Shown: piece by piece, positions 19,792-28,795 of the stretch
Layout: the number at the start of each line of letters is the position of its first letter
Numbering within the stretch: position 1 is the stretch's first letter
Source of the DNA: a virus
DNA length: 32,187 nucleotides
Strand: one strand, 5' to 3'
IMG/VR virus record: IMGVR_UViG_3300002061_000002
Coordinates: 1 to 32,187 of that record
Position numbers and translations under genes: made by a program
Notes under the pieces: generated by a model
Seen by the model: the letters and a program-made list of their open reading frames with translations, nothing else
What the model was told of the DNA's origin: nothing
Databases searched by the model: none

Positions 19792-21501
19792 TTACCGGTT
19801 TAAGTTTAAGCCACTAACGTATGAATTATCTGCGGCTGTTGGCTGTGCGCCTCCTGCGCTAGCGTTTTGCTGCCCGCTAACTCGCGCGATAGTTTCCTCA
19901 ATTGGGTTTACCCCGTATAAGTCCCAGTATGCGTTAGCACTAGCAACACGCAAACCGTTGAGGGCTACCTGTCGTGATTGTGCTTTTTGCGCCAGTGTAT
20001 CGGCTGTGTCTCCTGGTTGTGGGAAATACGTTAGTCGGTCGTTTGCAAACTCCTCTGGTGGGATAGCTGCACCTGAGTCTCGACGTAGACGTGCCTCGGT
20101 AAAGGTTCGTTGTGCCTGCTCGTATCGTTCTTGGTTTTGTGTTAGGAGTAGTGGCATATCAAACGCTGCCATCTGTGCCTGTCCAATTAGTCCAGTTTTG
20201 GCTATACCTGCCTCTAGTTCGTCTAGGTTTGTAACGGCGTCGGCCATACGTTGAAAGAATAGTAAACTACTACGCTCTCCCTGGGTAGGCGCTTTTGGTG
20301 GGGCTGTCCCGGCAATAGTGTTACCTGCTTCATCTAGTCGCAATACTGGCACCTCTACTGCGTTTGCTGCAATCTGAGCCGCTGCGTCTGCTCGTTCGTT
20401 AGCCTCGATACGTAGTTGCTCGTCTCGACGTGCGTCCAAAAAGTCCGGTACGTTTCGTAGTCCCTCACTAACTCGGTCGGTTACCTGTAGTCCTTCTCGT
20501 CGTTCTGCCTCGTTTAGTAGGTAGTTTAGGCGGTTGGTGTTTAGTTCTCGCTCTAGGTTTCGGTCGCTGATAACACGGGTAAGACTGTTTTCGATTTGTG
20601 TTACGCCGCTGTTGTATCGGTCGAGTAGTTGCTGCCGTTCGTTAATATCGTTACTAATATCTGCGAGGGCTAGGTCTGCTGCATTAGCTAGACGACCGCG
20701 TCGACTTGCGCTACTTAGCCATGGGTTACCTTTAATTTCTCCCTCTACTTTTACAAAGTCGTCTCGCTTTTGGTTGATAACATCGTCAATACCAGAAATA
20801 TCTTTTTTTAGGCTACTGATTCCACTTTCTTTGTAGAGTCGGTCGTAAATATCCTCGGTAGTTTCTTGTGGTACGGCAAAAACTTGGTTGGTTAATGCGT
20901 CTACGCCCAAGTCTTCACGGATAGCAGCGCTGTCGACCGACCCGAGGCCTGCGTTTGCGTTGACTAGGTTAGTGTACTCACTAAGTGACATACCGGACTG
21001 TCCCGCCTTACGAGCTAGGTCTGCTAGTTCATCTGGGCTTAGTCGGTCTGGGTCGATAGCCTGGCCGGTAATAGCTGGGTCGTATGTAGTAGTACTAGGT
21101 ACACTTTGCTGTACTGTTGCGACTGGTGAGCGTGTCGGTGTAGGCGCTGGGGCTGGATTGTTTACACTTGTAGGTGTAGGGGCAGTAGCTCGGGTGGGGG
21201 TGCCTTGTAGCTGCCCGTTAGCTCCTATACTCATGCCTGAAAAGGCGTTACTAAACGCTGGGTTTACTGGTGTATTGAGGCTATTAGACATGCTGCTTTG
21301 TAGCATTTGGCTAATAGTGTTTTTACCGGTAAGAGATTCTAGTTTGGTGTCTACCGGGTTGGCACTAAGGCTTAGCTGACTACGGTCTACATAGCGGTTA
21401 CTGCTCTGGTCATTTGGGTTGTAATTACTATTTACCACGACTGGGCTGTCGCTTGTAAAAGCATCTTTTATGTTGCCCCCGATACGTTTGAAAAAATCCA
21501 T
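19792..21501 (-). CDS. Large virion-associated protein with a Pro/Thr-rich linker and a coiled-coil C-terminal half (569 aa)
   Basis: ORF track. It has an ATAPTPTSVNNPAPAPTPTRSP linker and a TAA-T-ATG junction with the next gene. Confidence 0.5.
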   Translation of the reverse strand: MDFFKRIGGNIKDAFTSDSPVVVNSNYNPNDQSSNRYVDRSQLSLSANPVDTKLESLTGKNTISQMLQSSMSNSLNTPVNPAFSNAFSGMSIGANGQLQGTPTRATAPTPTSVNNPAPAPTPTRSPVATVQQSVPSTTTYDPAITGQAIDPDRLSPDELADLARKAGQSGMSLSEYTNLVNANAGLGSVDSAAIREDLGVDALTNQVFAVPQETTEDIYDRLYKESGISSLKKDISGIDDVINQKRDDFVKVEGEIKGNPWLSSASRRGRLANAADLALADISNDINERQQLLDRYNSGVTQIENSLTRVISDRNLERELNTNRLNYLLNEAERREGLQVTDRVSEGLRNVPDFLDARRDEQLRIEANERADAAAQIAANAVEVPVLRLDEAGNTIAGTAPPKAPTQGERSSLLFFQRMADAVTNLDELEAGIAKTGLIGQAQMAAFDMPLLLTQNQERYEQAQRTFTEARLRRDSGAAIPPEEFANDRLTYFPQPGDTADTLAQKAQSRQVALNGLRVASANAYWDLYGVNPIEETIARVSGQQNASAGGAQPTAADNSYVSGLNLNR

Positions 21502-21504
21502 ATA

Positions 21505-22212
21505 CTAATAACTACGAATACTAAAGTTGCCTCGACGATAGCCGCCGTTGTCTTCCTGCATAATATCCAGGTGCTCCCATGCTGTCGTTTCTGTGTTCTT
21601 GTACTCTGACTGCCGTAACTGCTGGCTAGTCCACTCGTTACGTGACATAGCAATAGCGTCGCTGATAAGCGCCTTGCCTCGGTCGTAATGACTACCTCGT
21701 CCTTTCATGAGCGCCAAACCGTTTGAGTACATGTATAGCGCCTCACTAAGCACGTTCTGATTGTAGAAAATGTGTTTATCGGTGTCGTCCGTCATTTCCC
21801 CTGGTGTCTCATGTCCCCATGCGTGTACGTTGTCTGTACCATCTGTAGTCGGTACAGGAAAGATAAATAGACGACGGCCAAAGTCACTGTAATATCGGTC
21901 GGTGCTATTTGGGTTTGATTCCTTTAATCTTTCTAGTTCGCGGAAGTTAATTTTCTTATGCTCTTTGCCATCCACTTTTAGTAGAAAAACACTGTCGGTA
22001 CGAATATCATCCCAGTAGTCGTAGTATTCTTGGCCAGCCTGGGTGCTACGTTTCTTAGCTTTTTGTACTTCCTGCCATGGGTACAAGTTGGCCAGTGTTC
22101 GATGTGCTCGGTTAATAAACCGATTTAGAATAGTCTCGGTGTAAAACACGTCGGTAGCTTCGACACTTAGGTCGTCTTGTAGTGCTTGGCGCAATTCTCC
22201 TAGTGTTTCCAT
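21505..22212 (-). CDS. Structural protein, possibly a head-tail adaptor (235 aa)
   Basis: Assigned from position and from the general N-terminal pattern (LGELRQALQDDL...ILNRFINRAHR). This is weak evidence. Confidence 0.35.
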   Translation of the reverse strand: METLGELRQALQDDLSVEATDVFYTETILNRFINRAHRTLANLYPWQEVQKAKKRSTQAGQEYYDYWDDIRTDSVFLLKVDGKEHKKINFRELERLKESNPNSTDRYYSDFGRRLFIFPVPTTDGTDNVHAWGHETPGEMTDDTDKHIFYNQNVLSEALYMYSNGLALMKGRGSHYDRGKALISDAIAMSRNEWTSQQLRQSEYKNTETTAWEHLDIMQEDNGGYRRGNFSIRSY

Positions 22213-22253
22213 ACTTTAAATTATAAGTGTTCTAGTAACATTTTAAAAGGCAG

Positions 22254-22490
22254 CTATGTTAATGACGAGTAACGCCACGCTGAGTTTTTTTCGTCGTACA
22301 CGTACAGTCGGTAGGTTGAGCCACTAACGTAAATAACAATACTCTCGTAGTAATCACGCGGGGCGCGGGTTGGTACGCTACTGACAACCCTAAAACCTTG
22401 CCGGATTTGCTCGGTGCGCTGCTCGTCTGGGATTTGATTAGCGGGGCTGTTTAGCTTTTCCCCTAGTTTTGTTTTATTCACCTCCCTCAT
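22254..22490 (-). CDS. Hypothetical protein (78 aa)
   Basis: ORF track. Confidence 0.5.
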   Translation of the reverse strand: MREVNKTKLGEKLNSPANQIPDEQRTEQIRQGFRVVSSVPTRAPRDYYESIVIYVSGSTYRLYVYDEKNSAWRYSSLT

Positions 22491-23937
22491 ACCATATTGT
22501 TATTTTACGCACTCCTACAGCGCCGCTTGTCCAGGTGTGTAAGTACTGAAAAACGTCAGTGTATACGTTGCAGTCGATACGAGTTTTACCTACCGCACCG
22601 TATTTAGTGTGTGTTACCTGGCGTAGGGTTACCTCTGTGCCATCTTGTTGAATGTGCCCCACACTAAAATCGTCCCCTGATTCTAGGGTTTCGTGTTCAA
22701 TTTCAATACGGCGCACCCATGCGTGCTGGTCAAAACGGATTTTATTACTCGCCCACTTACAGCTACCTCCTGTGTCGTCTAAGTCTAGCTGCACCCCTAC
22801 CAGGGTGCCGTCCCAGCGTTCACCTTGGTATCCATATATACCAACATCTTTATTACCGATGTTAAATACCATGTGCACTATATCCATGTCGTCCCCTGCG
22901 TCAAACGGGTGCCACATAATTGTGCCGCCTCCTACGTTACCCACCGCTAGTACTTTGTTTCCATCTGGTACAAGTAAGTGCCCTTGGTGCGTAATGGTAC
23001 CGTGAATAGTAAATATAAGCCCCTCACGCACGTTACTACTTGCACTGTCTGGTAAATCAATATTGAGGTGATACAGTTTTTCTACGTCTCGTCCGTTGAA
23101 AATACCTAGCCACTCGCCGCTTGTTACGTAGATAGTACCTCCGATGTACCAACAACCTTGTACTTCCTGAGTCATTTCTAGCTCGTCAGTAAACTCTAAA
23201 TCTATGGTGTTAATGTAATACACCCTAAATTTACTAGCTGCACTTTCTCCAGCGTTGTCACGTACTGCGCCAAACAAAATAAGGTCGCGCCCGTTAGGGT
23301 GTTTTAGCCCTGCGGTTACCATAAAGTCTGGTGGTAGCGTTAGTGCGTTTTCCTGTGAGCTACTACCATCCCATATGTGTATTTCATTTTCTGTACAGAT
23401 ATACAGCGTGTCTTCTACGACTACCAGTACTTTTTTATCACTACCAAGTGATGCATGTCCGCGCGCACTAGTCCACCAGTTGGAGTCGTGACTACTATAG
23501 CCGCCTAGGCCGTCAATGTTAATTAACGCTACGTTTTCATCTCCCGCGATATAAATATCTGATTGAAACGAGATGCCGTCTTCTTCTCCATAATTACGAA
23601 ACTCAATATTACTTGAGTTTATTGTCCCCTCGTCTTCCATAACATTAGGGCTGGTGTGCCCGTAGGGGTTATTCTCGTCGTCAATCAGTACCCCAAAGAT
23701 ACTATTACTAGACGAGCCTGCCTCTGGGCTTTTTACATACAATACCGGTTCTCCAGTTGGCAAAAAATCGCTACCGCTTTCTCGTAGCGAATACAGGTCT
23801 TGTGGGTACAAAATATCACCCGTAAACTCCTGCAAGTTGTGGCCACCGTACAACGGGCTGTAACCTCCGTCTTCGATTCCGTCGGCGGTACTAATTCCTG
23901 CTCTCCATGTTTTGTAGTCTAGGGTAATTTGTTGCAT
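22474..23937 (-). CDS. Tail/baseplate-type structural protein (487 aa)
   Basis: Assigned from size, beta-rich composition and position next to the fibre gene. Confidence 0.45.
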   Translation of the reverse strand: MQQITLDYKTWRAGISTADGIEDGGYSPLYGGHNLQEFTGDILYPQDLYSLRESGSDFLPTGEPVLYVKSPEAGSSSNSIFGVLIDDENNPYGHTSPNVMEDEGTINSSNIEFRNYGEEDGISFQSDIYIAGDENVALINIDGLGGYSSHDSNWWTSARGHASLGSDKKVLVVVEDTLYICTENEIHIWDGSSSQENALTLPPDFMVTAGLKHPNGRDLILFGAVRDNAGESAASKFRVYYINTIDLEFTDELEMTQEVQGCWYIGGTIYVTSGEWLGIFNGRDVEKLYHLNIDLPDSASSNVREGLIFTIHGTITHQGHLLVPDGNKVLAVGNVGGGTIMWHPFDAGDDMDIVHMVFNIGNKDVGIYGYQGERWDGTLVGVQLDLDDTGGSCKWASNKIRFDQHAWVRRIEIEHETLESGDDFSVGHIQQDGTEVTLRQVTHTKYGAVGKTRIDCNVYTDVFQYLHTWTSGAVGVRKITIWYEGGE

Positions 23938-23941
23938 AGGC

Positions 23942-25117
23942 TTATACGTATAGGTCGCTCCATGGTGTACCGACGCTAGCTGGGGTAACCATGCTAAATA
24001 CAGCCGTTAGTGGGCTTACGGTAAATACTGCGTCACGTTCTGCAATCACAGACGTATTTACCAGTGAGAACGTAGCGCTAAGTGGGGTTGTGCTTACCTG
24101 TGTGCCAGTCTCTATAGAAAATGACTGTAGACTAAACGTCGCACTAAGTGTCGTAGCTGATGCTGTTACGTCCACACCTCCTGTAGTGGTAACTCCTGCG
24201 GTTGGGATACTGAATGTCGCTGATAGCACCCCGCTAGATACAGTAGCGTTTCCGTCGGTAGATATGCTGGCGGCTGGTATGCTAAAAGTAGCCGTTAGTG
24301 GCGTGCCACTGGCTTGGGTGCCAGTTGTTACGCTGTGACTTGGGATGCTAAATGTAGCGGATAACACAGTACTAGATACTGTAACTCCACCGCCTCCACC
24401 ATCGTCATAGTTCAACGGCGTACCGCTATTGTATACATCTTGTACGTCGGTTGTTGTCTTTACAACATTCCAAACGCTTACGTGCTTCATCCTTCCTGCA
24501 AAATAAGCAGTACTGTCCGAATAGTTACCCCGTCCTAAAGAAAATTCAGAAGCGCTATTTAACGTAGGAGTCGAGCCACTGGTATTAGTACTGTTTACTA
24601 CTTCTGAGCCATTTTTATAAATTTTAATTGTACGAGTAGAGTTGTCGTATGTAATCATTAGGTGTACCCAGTTTGATACGTCCCCCGATGCGGCAAACGG
24701 CGAGCTGGTACGAATATTGTCCTTACCAGAAGAATTACCGAACGAAACTTCTAAGTCGTTATCAAAATCGTTAAAATTAAAATTGTAAGACTCATTAGTC
24801 CCCGTTTCTGCTTTCTTACCCATGATACCCATTGACTGTTTGGTTGCAGTACTAGGTAACCTGTCCATTTTGTACCAGGCTGACATTGTAAAATCAGTCG
24901 GCTCTAACCCAGACTGTGCGGCGTCTGTGATAGATAAATATTCACTGTTTGAATCGTCAAAAACAGCTACGGTATCACTGCCATCTGTTGTAGATGTAAC
25001 TGTGTTGTTATCGGTAAGGTCGTTACTGCCATGGCTATCAAAACGAGTCCCAGACGCCTCGTCCAAAATCCAGTGTGACACTAGGCCAGTTCCGTGGTCG
25101 TTTTTAATATCTGCCAT
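23942..25117 (-). CDS. Tail fibre/receptor-binding-type protein: a LamG (concanavalin-like) domain, a Gly5 linker and six tandem L(S/T)A(T/V)FS repeats (391 aa)
   Basis: LamG-like features are FTMSAWYKMDRLP, WVHLMITYD and FAGRMKHVSVWN. DDGGGGG is followed by repeats starting at aa 252, 274, 298, 324, 346 and 370. Confidence 0.6.
   Translation of the reverse strand: MADIKNDHGTGLVSHWILDEASGTRFDSHGSNDLTDNNTVTSTTDGSDTVAVFDDSNSEYLSITDAAQSGLEPTDFTMSAWYKMDRLPSTATKQSMGIMGKKAETGTNESYNFNFNDFDNDLEVSFGNSSGKDNIRTSSPFAASGDVSNWVHLMITYDNSTRTIKIYKNGSEVVNSTNTSGSTPTLNSASEFSLGRGNYSDSTAYFAGRMKHVSVWNVVKTTTDVQDVYNSGTPLNYDDGGGGGVTVSSTVLSATFSIPSHSVTTGTQASGTPLTATFSIPAASISTDGNATVSSGVLSATFSIPTAGVTTTGGVDVTASATTLSATFSLQSFSIETGTQVSTTPLSATFSLVNTSVIAERDAVFTVSPLTAVFSMVTPASVGTPWSDLYV
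23978..24385 (-). repeat. Six degenerate tandem coding repeats (66-78 nt, 22-26 aa) in the fibre gene
   Basis: The protein motifs are LSATFSIP, LTATFSIP, LSATFSIP, LSATFSL, LSATFSL and LTAVFSM. At the DNA level the unit atgctaaa(t/a)(a/g)tagc(c/g)g recurs. Confidence 0.8.
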
Positions 25118-25118
25118 G

Positions 25119-25859
25119 CTACGTAATGGTTATATTATATTCCTGTAAATCATCTGCTAAGTTGCGAGACGAGCCATACAGTTTGTTTGTTGCCTCGTCT
25201 ATTGCAATGCCGTTGTATAGGTCTAAGCCTACGGTACTAATTTCCTGGTGTAGGACTAACTCGCTACCTGTCCAGCGCCATACGTCTACGTGTCCTCCTG
25301 ACGTATGCTCTACACCGAACATATACTCGTTGTACCACGCTAAACCTGAGTAGTGTGGTGAGCTGATATAGGTGTTGCCTGTACCAATATCGTGCGTTGC
25401 GACTACCGTCGAAAAGTCCTCGCTTACTTGGTACACATTGCTATTACTGTTTGCAGTAATCCACCAGTGCCCGTGTGCGTAGTCTATGGCTACTCCATAG
25501 ACTACGGTGCTCGGTATGTTTATAGCTTGCTCGAAATTTAAGTCTAGGTCGTATACTCGTACTTCACCTGACGCCGTTGTCGGGGTACGGATACTGTACA
25601 CTTTGCCATTATGGACACACCCGTCTTGCATTGTGTTAGAGAAAGTACCCTGGTTACTGATAGTAGTTAGGGTAGTCCCCGCTCGGTTGATTTTCTTTAC
25701 TTGGCGTGAGCCTGAGTTATTGCTAAACCCGTAAAACATGTCGTTTACTGGGTCGTAGCCACATCCTTGCGGTTCTCCTGCAAAGTTTCCCCCAATTCCT
25801 CCCACATGACTAAGTGAGAAAGTTATGAGGCTTTTTCTTTCGGTTAGAATTTGTACCAT
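25119..25859 (-). CDS. Structural protein, beta-propeller-like (246 aa from the ATG at 25859)
   Basis: The ORF-track start, GTG 25898, would read through a strong hairpin, so the ATG at 25859 (MVQILTERKS) is preferred. Confidence 0.5.
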   Translation of the reverse strand: MVQILTERKSLITFSLSHVGGIGGNFAGEPQGCGYDPVNDMFYGFSNNSGSRQVKKINRAGTTLTTISNQGTFSNTMQDGCVHNGKVYSIRTPTTASGEVRVYDLDLNFEQAINIPSTVVYGVAIDYAHGHWWITANSNSNVYQVSEDFSTVVATHDIGTGNTYISSPHYSGLAWYNEYMFGVEHTSGGHVDVWRWTGSELVLHQEISTVGLDLYNGIAIDEATNKLYGSSRNLADDLQEYNITIT

Positions 25860-25878
25860 AATGTCGGTTTTGCGTTTG

Positions 25879-25921
25879 CCCCTCGTCCCTACCCACACCG
25901 TAGTATGGGTAGAATGAGGGG
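25879..25921 (-). other. Strong two-tier hairpin between structural genes
   Basis: On the minus strand, CCCCTC pairs with GAGGGG (6 bp) around an inner CTACCCA/TGGGTAG stem (7 bp). There is no U-tract. Confidence 0.5.
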
Positions 25922-25928
25922 CTAACGC

Positions 25929-26351
25929 CTAGTTAAGGTTGAGGATACCCTCGCTACCCCACTGAATGGTAAAGTCACCGGCGGTACTAGCTTGGTCGCT
26001 AGTAAAGTCGATAAAACCAATAAGTAGGCTAGTTGCTGCCGAGCCAGTATCTTTGTAGATAACTGCTCCACGCGCTGTGATAGTACTGGCGCTCCAGGTT
26101 ACGTCGTCTGCATCGAATACACCCTCGTCGTCTGTCGTGTCTGTCGTGACGGCTGTGTTTGCAAGCGTTTCGCCTCCTGCTGTGTAACCAGTACCGGTAA
26201 CTTCGTTCGTTACATCCGCAAAGTCCTGGTGGGTGTCTGCGTTAGGTGTGTATGAGCTAGTTACGAGCGCTACTTTAATAGTGTCCGTATCTAGGTCGAT
26301 ACTGCCGTTCATGATGTTAGATTTGAACGAATTGTATACTACGTCTGCCAT
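25929..26351 (-). CDS. Virion protein of unknown role (140 aa)
   Basis: ORF track. It lies in the capsid-proximal structural block and is rich in Thr, Asp and Gly. Confidence 0.6.
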   Translation of the reverse strand: MADVVYNSFKSNIMNGSIDLDTDTIKVALVTSSYTPNADTHQDFADVTNEVTGTGYTAGGETLANTAVTTDTTDDEGVFDADDVTWSASTITARGAVIYKDTGSAATSLLIGFIDFTSDQASTAGDFTIQWGSEGILNLN

Positions 26352-26373
26352 GGTAGGTAGGTATGCTTATCTG

Positions 26374-26556
26374 TTAATCAAGCGACTCTCGTTGCTCGCG
26401 GCGTACCGCCAGTTCGTCGACAACTGCGTCAACACGAGCTTTTAGGCTTTTTCGTTTTGCCTTTAGCTTGTTGATACGGTCATCCAACCATGCCGGGTCT
26501 GCCTGTACGTTGCGGGGTTCCCGTGGGGTTCCGCGCTGAATTACTGCGTTTGTCAT
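26374..26556 (-). CDS. Small coiled-coil protein (60 aa)
   Basis: ORF track. Confidence 0.5.
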   Translation of the reverse strand: MTNAVIQRGTPREPRNVQADPAWLDDRINKLKAKRKSLKARVDAVVDELAVRREQRESLD

Positions 26557-26594
26557 AGTGAAAGTAATTATTTACTTATCGTTTACAAGGGGTT

Positions 26595-26618
26595 AAAGCC
26601 AGCCGCTTGGCTGGCTTT
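26595..26618 (-). terminator. Hairpin or partial terminator directly after the major capsid gene
   Basis: AAAGCCAGCC GCTT GGCTGGCTTT forms a perfect 10-bp stem, 13 nt after the capsid stop. Confidence 0.55.
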
Positions 26619-26631
26619 TCCCTTATGTCCG

Positions 26632-27720
26632 TTAGACTGTGTATCGTAGGACTGCAAGGTTCTTGCGACGTTCGTCGGCAACCTTTGCACCGTAGATATT
26701 GAGTCCCTTGTACGCTTTACCGAAGTTAGCGTGTAGGTCTTCGATACCTGTTTCGGTAAATGCCATCGCAAAAGTGATAGCTTTCTTGTGACCTGCAACG
26801 GCGTAGAATCCGTCTGTGTTGTCACCGTTGACCTGCTCGTTTTCGTACAAGTCCATACCAGCGATACGTGTGATACGTCCGTTAGTAGTTCGGTCTTCAC
26901 CTTGCTCGGTGTCACGTACGATAACGCTTGCACTTTCTAGTACCTGCATAAAGTTTGACTCGACAACTACGAAACGATCTTTCTTAGGTGTCTTTGATGA
27001 GTTTAGCTTCTGCTTTAGTGCGAGAAGTTGTGCGTGTGCGTTAGACGCGTCTACAGTGATAGCACTAGCGGCTTCAATTTCGTATGAGGCACCTGCTGAG
27101 ATAGCGCCACCTGTGTACGCGCTTGTTACATCATCCTTATCATCTTCGATAACGATGCTTGTGTTTGACGCTCGTGAGGCAATACGGTACCACACTGAGT
27201 GTCCTGCTGCCTTGAATCCGAGGCCTACCATTGCTGCTGTAAAGGTAGTACCTGAGCCGGTTACTGCACCAGTTGAGGTTGTTACTTCTACTGTACCAGT
27301 AGTGTATGAGGTTCCGACTCGGTTACCTGCGGCACAGTCGTCTTTACCTACACCGAGTACAAACGTATCTACAGCCTCCTGTAGTTCTCCAGCCTTTTCA
27401 ACCATGAGGGTTGATTCTGGGTCTTCTACGTATGACTTGAATACGTCTACTGACTTGATACCGAAGTAGTAAGCCTTTTGCTGGTCAGTGTTCAGTGTTG
27501 CTTCACTTTCTTCTACGTTACCGAGGGTAAGGTCGCTACCTGTGTAGTTCTGTAGTCCTTGGTCTTCTGTAAAAGTAAGTACGTTGAGCTTGCTGCTCTT
27601 TCCGCGAATTTCCCCCTCATACTCATCATTGGTAATCATTGGGGTAACCGCTGTTTCGTAAAACTTTACCAACGCGTTTGCGGCAAAAGTTTCTGCGAGA
27701 TTAGTTCCGTGGCTGTCCAT
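26632..27720 (-). CDS. Major capsid protein (362 aa)
   Basis: Assigned from size and from its position after the portal and scaffold genes. The sequence style recalls P22/N4-type coat proteins (LNVLTF, ATLNTDQQKAYYFGIKSVD). It is followed by a strong hairpin. Confidence 0.75.
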   Translation of the reverse strand: MDSHGTNLAETFAANALVKFYETAVTPMITNDEYEGEIRGKSSKLNVLTFTEDQGLQNYTGSDLTLGNVEESEATLNTDQQKAYYFGIKSVDVFKSYVEDPESTLMVEKAGELQEAVDTFVLGVGKDDCAAGNRVGTSYTTGTVEVTTSTGAVTGSGTTFTAAMVGLGFKAAGHSVWYRIASRASNTSIVIEDDKDDVTSAYTGGAISAGASYEIEAASAITVDASNAHAQLLALKQKLNSSKTPKKDRFVVVESNFMQVLESASVIVRDTEQGEDRTTNGRITRIAGMDLYENEQVNGDNTDGFYAVAGHKKAITFAMAFTETGIEDLHANFGKAYKGLNIYGAKVADERRKNLAVLRYTV

Positions 27721-27768
27721 GGTTTGGGTTGGTTAATTACTACGTGTTAAGTAACCTCCCCAGCCTGT

Positions 27769-28599
27769 TTACTCGTTGACAATGCGTAGCTTTTTAGATT
27801 GTACAAGTTGTGCGTATCGCCGTGGGTCTTCCTTTCGTAGCTTAGTAGCTTCGTCTGGTGTTACCTCGGTTATGCCACTTCCTGGTGCAATCTCTTTAGC
27901 TCCTGCGGTAGTACTTTCTCCACCCTCTGGGGTCGGTGTCGGGGCTGGTGCTTGGTTCTCCATAGCAAACATTTTTGCTAGGGTGTCCATGTTTTGTACT
28001 CCTAGATTGTCTTCGCGGTAGATAAACTCTCGAAAAGCGTCTTTATCAAGGTCTTTATACTCATCCTTTGCGGTAAGTTCCTTGATTTGGTTGTCGGTCT
28101 GCTGGCGGTCGTACATTTCTGCCACTTGCCGCTTTAGCGTCTCTACATCCTGGTATGCCTGACGTGGGTTAATCACCATAGCTTGCTCCTGCGGACTGAG
28201 GCTAGAAAAGCCTGGTATCTGCTGGGCTGCGTCTTGTACTGTAAGGGGCTGGGTTGGTGTTGGAGTAGCGGGTGCTACTGCCTGTGGCGCTGGGGCAAAC
28301 GGGTTGCCTGTCTTTGGGTCGTAACCGAGACTTTTTACTAGGTCGTTTAGGCGTAATGCTTCGTCACGACTGGCGTTAAACTTGTCTGTGGCTACATAGC
28401 CCTCCGGGGCGCCTCCCTCCGGTGTGTTTCGCATAGCTGGTGCTTGCGGGGTTACCCCCGTTCCGTCCTGTGGGTTGGGCTGGCCGCCGTCCACTGGTAC
28501 AGGGTTTGGGGTGCTACTCGCTGGTGCCGTAGTAATTGGCTGTTCACCTGTGCTCGCTGTTGGTTCTGGTGCTGGTGCACCGGTTGTTGTTGGTTCCAT
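27769..28599 (-). CDS. Scaffolding protein (276 aa)
   Basis: It lies between the portal and capsid genes. It has a Pro/Ala/Thr-rich N-terminus and a charged helical C-terminus. Confidence 0.5.
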   Translation of the reverse strand: MEPTTTGAPAPEPTASTGEQPITTAPASSTPNPVPVDGGQPNPQDGTGVTPQAPAMRNTPEGGAPEGYVATDKFNASRDEALRLNDLVKSLGYDPKTGNPFAPAPQAVAPATPTPTQPLTVQDAAQQIPGFSSLSPQEQAMVINPRQAYQDVETLKRQVAEMYDRQQTDNQIKELTAKDEYKDLDKDAFREFIYREDNLGVQNMDTLAKMFAMENQAPAPTPTPEGGESTTAGAKEIAPGSGITEVTPDEATKLRKEDPRRYAQLVQSKKLRIVNE

Positions 28600-28609
28600 A
28601 TGGTTTATT

Positions 28610-28645
28610 CCGTTCTAGGTTTGGCTAGTGCCGTCTAGGGTTTGG
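28610..28645 (-). repeat. Two direct 15-mers upstream of the scaffold gene
   Basis: CCGTTCTAGGTTTGG (28610..28624) and CCGTCTAGGGTTTGG (28631..28645). Confidence 0.5.
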
Positions 28646-28672
28646 TTTAAGTCGGTAAATATGTAATGTGCT

Positions 28673-28792
28673 CTACTTCTTCCCGTTTGGGTTCTTCCAG
28701 TCGCAAGACTTGCTCGGTTGCTTGTCTGCATATGCCTTGGTTCCGGTTGGTGTCGCCTTTGTGGCTGGCGCTGCCTTTTTGCCGTATTTCAT
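28673..28792 (-). CDS. Possible small Lys-rich protein (39 aa), not in the ORF track
   Basis: Manual translation gives MKYGKKAAPATKATPTGTKAYADKQPSKSCDWKNPNGKK*. It has a TAA-CCT-ATG junction upstream. Confidence 0.3.
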   Translation of the reverse strand: MKYGKKAAPATKATPTGTKAYADKQPSKSCDWKNPNGKK

Positions 28793-28795
28793 AGG

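Noticed and set aside
23942-25117. A diversity-generating retroelement or other hypervariation system acting on the repeated fibre tip
   Set aside because: There is no reverse transcriptase gene and no separate template repeat elsewhere in the genome. The repeats are in-frame tandem units only.
26583-26933. Minus-strand ORF of 116 aa overlapping the 3' end of the capsid gene. Similar nested minus ORFs lie at 21468..21653 and 30584..30805.
   Set aside because: They are out of frame inside well-supported genes (capsid, the 235-aa structural gene, portal). Their composition is odd and they lack independent start signals.
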